Positions 56,550 to 64,000 of a stretch of 64,000 nucleotides of DNA are shown here, piece after piece. The DNA lies in assembly GCF_006345805.1 (NCBI RefSeq), contig NC_043007.1:70928001-70992000 (forward strand), read 5' to 3'. Each line of letters starts with the position of its first letter. The stretch's first letter is position 1. The translations under genes and the position numbers were made by a program. Below the pieces are notes generated by a model. It searched no databases. It was not told the origin of the DNA and saw only the letters and a program-made list of their open reading frames with translations. Source of the stretch: Octopus sinensis. Its lineage: Eukaryota.

Positions 56550-58790
56550 CGTCCTCATTCATCCTTATTCGGCCTTCTAGCTCTGCTATCAGTGTACTTA
56601 GCAAAAATATTCTAAATAAATATATTCCTACCTTAGTTAAAAAAAATTAAACCTTAATTTATGGTCCAATTCCTTCCAAGTGGTCGACTGGTTTAATTCT
56701 ATTAATAACAAGAAGTACACTAAGTTTATCTAGTTTGACATTTCTAGTTACTATTCCTCTTTTAACCCAATTGTACTTAACAAGGCACTCTGGCTTACAC
56801 ACAACAAAGCAGGTGTCACCAGGGATGAAATTAATGTCATGTTAGCCACCAGAAAAATCAACCATTTAATTTGAAAACAAGCTGTGGGTCTGTAAAGATA
56901 TGCCTGTCAGTTTTGATGCCATGATGGGAAGTTTTGATTCATCCTTTATGAGATGGCTGACCAATTCTCAAACATCAGTGGAGGTCTATATCGTGAAGAT
57001 TGTTTACTCTACCTTCAAAATGTTTCTAACCAAAAGTTACAAAGGGTTAAAAATAGGTTGGTTGAATTTTTCTGAAACATGGGCTTAAGCATTGTTTTCA
57101 AAAATGGTATAACTAAACCTGACATTTTGGATATTACCCTTAACTTATATAATGATTCATATTTCCCATACCATAAACCCTCAATTAATTTTAAATATAT
57201 TAGTTCTTTCAGTAATCATTCAAAGGCTATTACAAGGAATTTAGTTAGAAATATTTCACTTAGACTTACTAGATTATCTGCCAATGTTGATATCTTCAAC
57301 GAGAAAGCTGAATTTTATAACTCTGCTTTACTTAAAGTACATGAAATTACGGCATAATGGTAATAACAATATAAATTTTAGTTCGAATAACTATGCATCG
57401 AAAAATTTAATTTTGCAGCGTAAGGAAGATAGCTGTTCTTTAAGACCCTTGTTTTGTTATAAAAGTAAATCTAGGACTTTTGAAGATAATTACCCTAATT
57501 ACAAGGTATGTCCTAGTAAAACTGTTTGGTTGATAATTCCATATGGTAAGCAGATTAAATCCAACTTCCTTTACCAGTTTCTTGAAGCTATAGATAAGAA
57601 TTTCCCCAAAAATTCAAGATACCATTCTATTATCAATTCACACCAAATCAGAATAGGGTTTTCAAACACCAAAAACCTTTCACAAATCATCTCTTTGCAT
57701 AACAATAAGTTGTTAAATACAAATCCACTTTATGAAAATAATAACATTGATATTATTAACACCTATCATTTTTTTAACAATAATAACAACAATATTAGAA
57801 TTTCTGATGTAAATTCCAATCACATTAATTTCCTTAGCAGGAACTCTGTTTATCAATGTAAAATTACTTCCAGTTCTGATGTCTTTTTTTACATAGGTAG
57901 TTCTTTATCTCAGTTGTCCAAAAGAATATCTAACCATTACTCTACATTTAGACATATCAATAAACACAACAATACTGGGCTTAGTAAATTAATTTGATCT
58001 CTGAAGGAACATAATAAACAACTTGATTTGGAATGAAATATTCTATCTAAGTCCTTTCCATATGATAAAGGTAAATCTTCTTGTCCACTCTGTAATGAAG
58101 AACTCTATCTCATCCTGTTCTCAGAGAATTCTCTTGTAAACACATTTAAAGAATGCTTTTATTGTTGCAAACATTGGCAAAAACATATCTTTAGTTCCTA
58201 TAAGTAATTTCTACCAGTCTATAAAATTCAGCCTTTAACTGTCTTCTTACATTCCATTTCCACTAAATATATCTATTTCCATGCCTTTAAGTTTTATTCC
58301 CACTCATCTATTGCACTACATTTCTCTACTCTTGGTTTTCTGCTAATTTCTTTCTTTCTCCTCCTTCTCTGTCTCTAAATTGAATTTGATGTTAAATCTA
58401 TTAATGTTATTTTTTAAAATAACTTGCTAGTGTTCCCCTCATCATATATGCAGTCATCACATTCTATTAAAATGGCTTATTGATGTGTTTTATTTCTCTC
58501 TTTTTCTTCCCTGATGAGAAGATCACATTATTTTACATCATTTTATTCCCTCTGGAATAATACCAATGTTTTCTTTGAAACATATGTCGGAAGTATAAAG
58601 ATTTGAATAACACCTTGTGTTTAACTCCATTTCTTTATTTATCTGTTATACAAAAACATTTCACTAAACCCTGGAATTTCTACTTTTATAAGTAGGCTGT
58701 AACATCCTTGGTACTTATGTGAATTTTTTGCTACCCTTTATTTATTTTTTCAATGTTATTTGTACACATTGAAAAATACACATACATTTA
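56550..58790 (+). mobile_element. 5'-truncated, decayed Penelope-like retroelement (RT plus C-terminal GIY-YIG endonuclease; Naiad-like) between (TA)n tracts
   Basis: RT motifs FDISSYYSS, FDAMMGSFD, GLYRED, LDITLNL, PYHKP..YI...SNH; nuclease VYQCKI...YIG...KRISNH, CPLCNEE; multiple stops and frameshifts; coding ends ~58205. Clade name is from memory. Confidence 0.9.
58506..58593 (+). ncRNA. Type-I hammerhead ribozyme motif in the PLE 3' pseudo-LTR
   Basis: cttcc-CTGATGA-gaaga...ttcttt-GAAAC-ATAT-GTC-ggaag; perfect 5-bp stem I and palindromic loop III. Confidence 0.8.
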
Positions 58791-59872
58791 TATGTGTGTG
58801 TGTTTATATATATATATATATATATATATGTTGGTGTATTTACATCCTTGTTACTTAGCAGTTTGGCAAAAGAGACCTATAAAATAAGTATTAGGCTTTA
58901 TAAAAATACTGAGGTCAATCTGTTCAACTAAAATTCCTCAAGATACTGTTCCAGCATGGCTACAATCAGATGACTGGAACAAATAAAAAGTATATATATT
59001 TTAGTGTATGTATTTCATATATACCTAATACATGCATAATGTGCAGTTTGTGTTAACTGACACATTAAGTTTTGCCCTACAACTTATTCAACTAATGTTA
59101 AATGCTACACTTTCAAGTATTTATATTGGAAAACAAGAGGAAAACCTTATGAAAAGATAGGCAGTTTAAAAGTAGTGGTTTATATCAGTTGTAAAAATTA
59201 CAATACAAGGAATTTTTATTTTATTTGCAGTTGGAAAAAGAAATAGTTTAATGTTGATAAAAGAAAAATAGGTTAAGTCAGCAGACAGATAGGTGCAAGA
59301 TAAAATGAGGGTGGATAGAGGAATTATAGTTGTATAGCTTCAACTGTTAGCAAACCATTAAAATATAGCTAAAGAATACTGTAATAGTATTATTGGTTGG
59401 ATCTTATTCATAGAAGAATGATGGATAATGTTAGTGTATAACTGAAGAAATATTTACACAAAAGCAAATAAAGATATTGAATTTCTTAAACCAAGTGTAA
59501 AATTAAATATATTGACTTTTATAGTGTTAATAAAGGAAATTCATTGATGTTTTAGATGATAGAGCTAGCTGGTTGTAATTTTTGAGGGTTTAAAATGTTT
59601 TAGGGTTTTATATGTCAGGTGTTGGCAGATATGGATTATTTCAGAGTGTTTATTATTAAGTGTAGGCATTTTTGTGTATCTGTGTTTGTATGATCATTTA
59701 GATTTATGTATATGAACCCTAAAGCCTTTCAAAAAATTTACAAAAGAATCTGCCTCACTGCGCTATAAAATAGAGCCATTGTTTCACTCCTCCACTGGAA
59801 AATATTCAAATAAGCAAACCTGATGAGTTCTTCAACATTGTAGATCCATACAAGGAAGAGACAACATTGAAA

Positions 59873-59905
<33 letters not shown>

Positions 59906-61151
59906 CTCCTTCTCATGATTACATTGATTGCATTGACATAAAAGAAGAGGATGTATTACCAGCCATTGATGAGATGACCTCAAACTCAGCAGTAAACCTT
60001 GATGATCTTTCAGCTTTTCTTAAACATGCTTTCAAAAAACTACTGCTGATACTTTTCTAGTGTTTCTTCCCAAAATCTTAAAAGAAAGTATTGTATGCTC
60101 TATCCACAAAGGCAGGAGCAAAGCAGGCCTATCTCTCTAACCTCAAATATCAGCAAAGCCATGGAACACTTTGTGAGAAGGAAGCTGATTATGTTCCTAG
60201 AAGAAAATGGTTTGCTCACTAACCTGCAGCACGACCTCTATCAAGGAACTGCTTCACACAGCTTCTACAGCATTATGACTGGATATTGATACAACAGCTT
60301 GGTCAAATGTGGATGTGATTTGTCTTTGCTTTGCCAAGGTTTTCAACAAAGTTGTTCTGTGTGACTTTGATATCATTGGTAAACTAGAAAAATAGCTGCT
60401 TGTCTTTTTGAAAGATAAGAATCAGGCATTCTTAGCCAATGGTGTTCTCTCTGGGGCGACAGTGATACTATATAGAGTTCCTCAGGTCAACTGTACTGGG
60501 ACCATTGCTGTTTATAGTAGCACTTTCAAACGTGCTTTCAGTCATATAATCAGCCATTCTCATCAGCTATACTGTTGATAAAAAAGTATCACAAGCAATC
60601 AGGGACCTTAAGGATACATAAAAACTATAGAAAGCTTTGAACACAATATACAAGTGGGCTGAAGAAAACAACAAGCATGTCAATGCTGAGCAATTTCAAT
60701 CACTCGGCTATTGGTTCGTAAACAGACTGCATTCAGAATACAAAAGACCAAGGGGTATGACAATTCTGAAATCAGTTGGTGCATAACTTAGGAATCTCTA
60801 CATGCATGGTGATGCAGCATTCCATGAGAATATTACTAAGATGGCAACAATGAGCAGGTGCTTGATTGGTTGAATTCTGAGATCGTTCAGAACATGGAAA
60901 AAGGAAACCATTTTGCTCCTATGAAGAACATTCATTCTCAGTCATCTGGATTACTGATTTTAATTATGGTTGCTGCAAAGCATCAAAGATAATCCAATGC
61001 CACTACACAAAGAAGATTGCCACTGAGTGAGCTAACTGGAGAAGTTAAAATAGCTGAGACTCTCCTCCTTAGAGAACACACACATACACAAACACATACA
61101 CATACACATACACACACAAACACACATGCACGCACACATGTACACATATAT

Positions 61152-61332
61152 ATATGTTAATCCAAACACAAAGAGAAAACACAACAACGCGAGGACGTGG
61201 AACAAATATAGTATTATTGGACGCTCAGGAAGGAAGGGAAAAAGGGGGGGTTTAACGTTTCAAGCGGAGCTCTTCGTCAGAAACATAGGAAAAGGAAAGA
61301 TCCAGAGAACGGAAGACGGAGGAAAAAAAAAA

Positions 61333-61387
<55 letters not shown>

Positions 61388-61597
61388 CATTCAAAATGTG
61401 ACCACCTGTGTACCGTTGGCGATTTTTTTTTCCTCTGTCTTCCCTTCTCTGGATCTTTCTTTCTCCTATGTTTCCGATGAAGAGCTCCGCTCGAAACGTT
61501 AAACCCTCCTTCTTCCCTTCCTTCCTGAGCGTCCAATAATACTATATTTGTTCCACGTCCTCGTGTTGTGTTTTTTTGTGCTTTCATATTTGGATTA

Positions 61598-61600
<3 letters not shown>
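61152..61600. mobile_element. Fold-back element with a minimal hammerhead motif in each arm
   Basis: ~61155-61330 is the reverse complement of ~61423-61599; (TA)n inside and on the flanks. Confidence 0.8.
61250..61284 (-). ncRNA. Minimal type-I hammerhead motif
   Basis: gttt-CTGACGA-agagctccgctt-GAAACGTT-aaac; the mirror copy at 61470-61504 reads CCGATGA. Confidence 0.6.
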
Positions 61601-61633
<33 letters not shown>

Positions 61634-62217
61634 GTAAATAGCTATCACAAGTTCACAAGTTCTGTGGATTTCGTTATAAGCTCTCTTTACTCTCTTAGCA
61701 GATCGAGTGTTATTCTATTTTTTGAAGCCCTACCACATAATATACAAATTTTGGTGCCCAACTTTGGAAATGAAAGCTACACTAATCACTTGCTTAATAT
61801 CAAAGATCTTACTTTCTCCCTTCAGAGTAAGAATCCAATACCATAACACTTTAGAGTTCAAAGGCCCACAGCTTTTCGATACCTTGCCAAAAGGCTTTGG
61901 AGATCTATGAGGTGAAGATGTGGATGTGTTCAAAGAATATTTAGACAAAGTTTTATCAGATATAAACAACATTGCAGTGAAAAATGCAAAGTAGTGCAGC
62001 TATGTCCAATTAACTTGTTTACCCAGCACTGACTTTGGAGAGAGGGCCAAGAAATGCATTTGAAATAAACAAACATTAACACTAATTGCAGTGCCCTAAC
62101 AAAGCTGCAGCTTCTGGCTGAAATCAATAAGAAAAGAAGAATATATTAAAAATTTTTTTTCCTTAATGAGATAAAAAACCAAAGATGTGTTGATTTTAGA
62201 ACATTTATAAATAGAAG

Positions 62218-62265
62218 GTCTTACAGCTGTTTCTAGGATATTTATTATATCTCTTCATCAGAGAT
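62218..62265 (-). ncRNA. Type-I hammerhead motif
   Basis: tct-CTGATGA-agagatataataaatatccta-GAAAC-AGCT-GTA-aga; palindromic loop III. Confidence 0.65.
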
Positions 62266-63267
62266 GGTGTGAGAAAATGGTTAAGCAATAATTAATTTAG
62301 ATGAAATATGAAATGGCGAGTGAGGTGGAGGAATGAAAATAGATGTGAGATATGCAGGGATATTGTATTTGTAGATCCATTATTTAGGCAGAATGGTATA
62401 CATAAAAGATTCTAATACCTTATGAGTAAAATCCAATAGTATTTAAAATTGGTCATTCCAAGTATCGAGTTTATACACGGTGTTATTGAATCAAGGGTTA
62501 TATATATATATATATATATGTTAAAAGAAGAATATATATATATAATTGTCATTTGAGATCCATGTTCTGTGTTGGCATGGATTGATCAGTGAGACATAAT
62601 CCAATGGGTCCAAAGATTGCATTGTGCTCCAATGTCTGCATCAGCATAGTTTGACCCTTCCTATTACCAATCACTTTACAGCATGATCTGGGTGGTTTTT
62701 TTTTGTGTGTCACAGCATTAGTGAGGTTGCCATGTAACTTCAAAACTATGAATCTTGATGGTGTAGCTTTATGCTAGGAGATGAGGGGTTAAATTATGAG
62801 AGAAAAGGGCTCAAAGAAGGACAGGTTTATTGCCTTGAAGGGCCTACATTTTGGAAGAGAAGATGGAGGAGATTGAGTGGAGCTGGCAAGAGATAAAAAT
62901 TGCGATGATGAGGTATCAAGGTGAGTTCTCAAGGTACAAGATGTGTAGAAGCGAGTGAAGGTGAGGAACCAGGTGGAGGTTGCCAGTGTGTGTGTGTGTG
63001 TGTGTGTGTGGTGGGGTGGTCGTGGTGGTGAGAAAAACGAATGGGTAAGGGAAAGGAAGGTGAGTGATGAGTGTAAAGATGAGGTGGCATTGAAGGGTGG
63101 ATAAGGAGTGGTGGATGCATAGAGTTAGGAGGAGGTAGGAAGAGTAGGTGATGACAGACAGGGCAGAAAAAATGGGGAGAGGGTAGCAGAATAGTATTGG
63201 TGATACAGTGAACAGGAGAAGGATGAGAGAACGATGAGTTGTGGTTGCAGAAGTGGCAGTAGGAGAA

Positions 63268-63305
<38 letters not shown>

Positions 63306-63536
63306 TTATATTTATGAGCATATGTATATTTGTTTATGTGTTTATATTTCATCAGTATTGATTTATATTTCCAGGTTAAGAATTATTGTATTTTTACCCC
63401 ATATTTCAATATAATTATGCATTTATATATGTATCCTACATCACCTTGTTTATTTATGTCTGTGTGATATAGTTATAACAATCATTTTGTGTGTGTGTGT
63501 ATATGTATGTATGTGTATATATATATATATATATAT

Positions 63537-63562
63537 ACGGAAACTGAAAGAAGCCTGTCGTA

Positions 63563-63617
<55 letters not shown>

Positions 63618-63815
63618 CTGTGTTTGTCCCCCTAGCATTGCTTGACAACCAATGCTGGTGTGTTTATGTCCCCCGTCACTTAGCGGTTCGGCAAAAGAGA
63701 CCGATAGAATAAGTACTGGGCTTACAAAGAATAAGTCCCGGGGTCGATTTGCTCGGCTAAAGGCGGTGCTCCAGCATGGCCACAGTCAAATGACTGAAAC
63801 AAGTAAAAGAGTAAA

Positions 63816-63818
<3 letters not shown>
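63537..63818 (+). mobile_element. SINE family 1, 3' part
   Basis: Well-preserved body and tail. Confidence 0.85.
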
Positions 63819-63864
<46 letters not shown>

Positions 63865-64000
63865 CATATACATGCATATATGTATACATATGTATGTATT
63901 TATGTATGTTTATATGTATGTATGTATATATATATGTATGTATATATATATATGTATGTAAAATTATAATTTAGGGTATCTAAGAGATACCACCACGCTG

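Larger units (their letters stand above)
59960..62010 (+). mobile_element. Decayed CR1-like LINE reverse transcriptase, interrupted at ~61075-61630
   Basis: RPISLTSNISKAMEHFVRRKLIMFLEENGLL, FAKVFNKV, VLGPLLFIV, GPQLFDTLP; many stops. Confidence 0.85.

Noticed and set aside
57995-58040. In-frame TGA codons in the PLE as selenocysteine recoding
   Set aside because: They fall at positions expected to be Trp (IW.LK, W.IL) in a copy with other stops and frameshifts, so they are most simply TGG>TGA decay.

Overview
AT-rich, microsatellite- and transposon-dense animal DNA. The SINE families and repeat style suggest an octopod cephalopod (inference). The whole window lies inside one + strand gene: five spliced exons (15713-15805, 19822-19896, 21288-21338, 28353-28592, 53815-53954) join in frame to encode part of an unconventional myosin motor domain, most like class XXII (MyTH4-FERM). 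The introns hold tRNA-type SINEs, RTE and CR1-like LINE fragments, three mariner relics, Helitrons, hAT and piggyBac MITEs, a 33-bp minisatellite and a decayed Penelope-like element (PLE; RT plus GIY-YIG). The most notable unannotated signal is about ten type-I hammerhead ribozyme motifs, mostly in short fold-back elements inserted in (TA)n tracts. One family is homologous to the 3' end of the PLE, and one motif has a compensatory U3-A8 core. At 34.8-39.2 kb a near-identical inverted duplication preserves the empty site of a 1.8-kb composite Helitron. Nearly all ORFs in the supplied track are microsatellite translations. Repeat boundaries were read by eye and are approximate.
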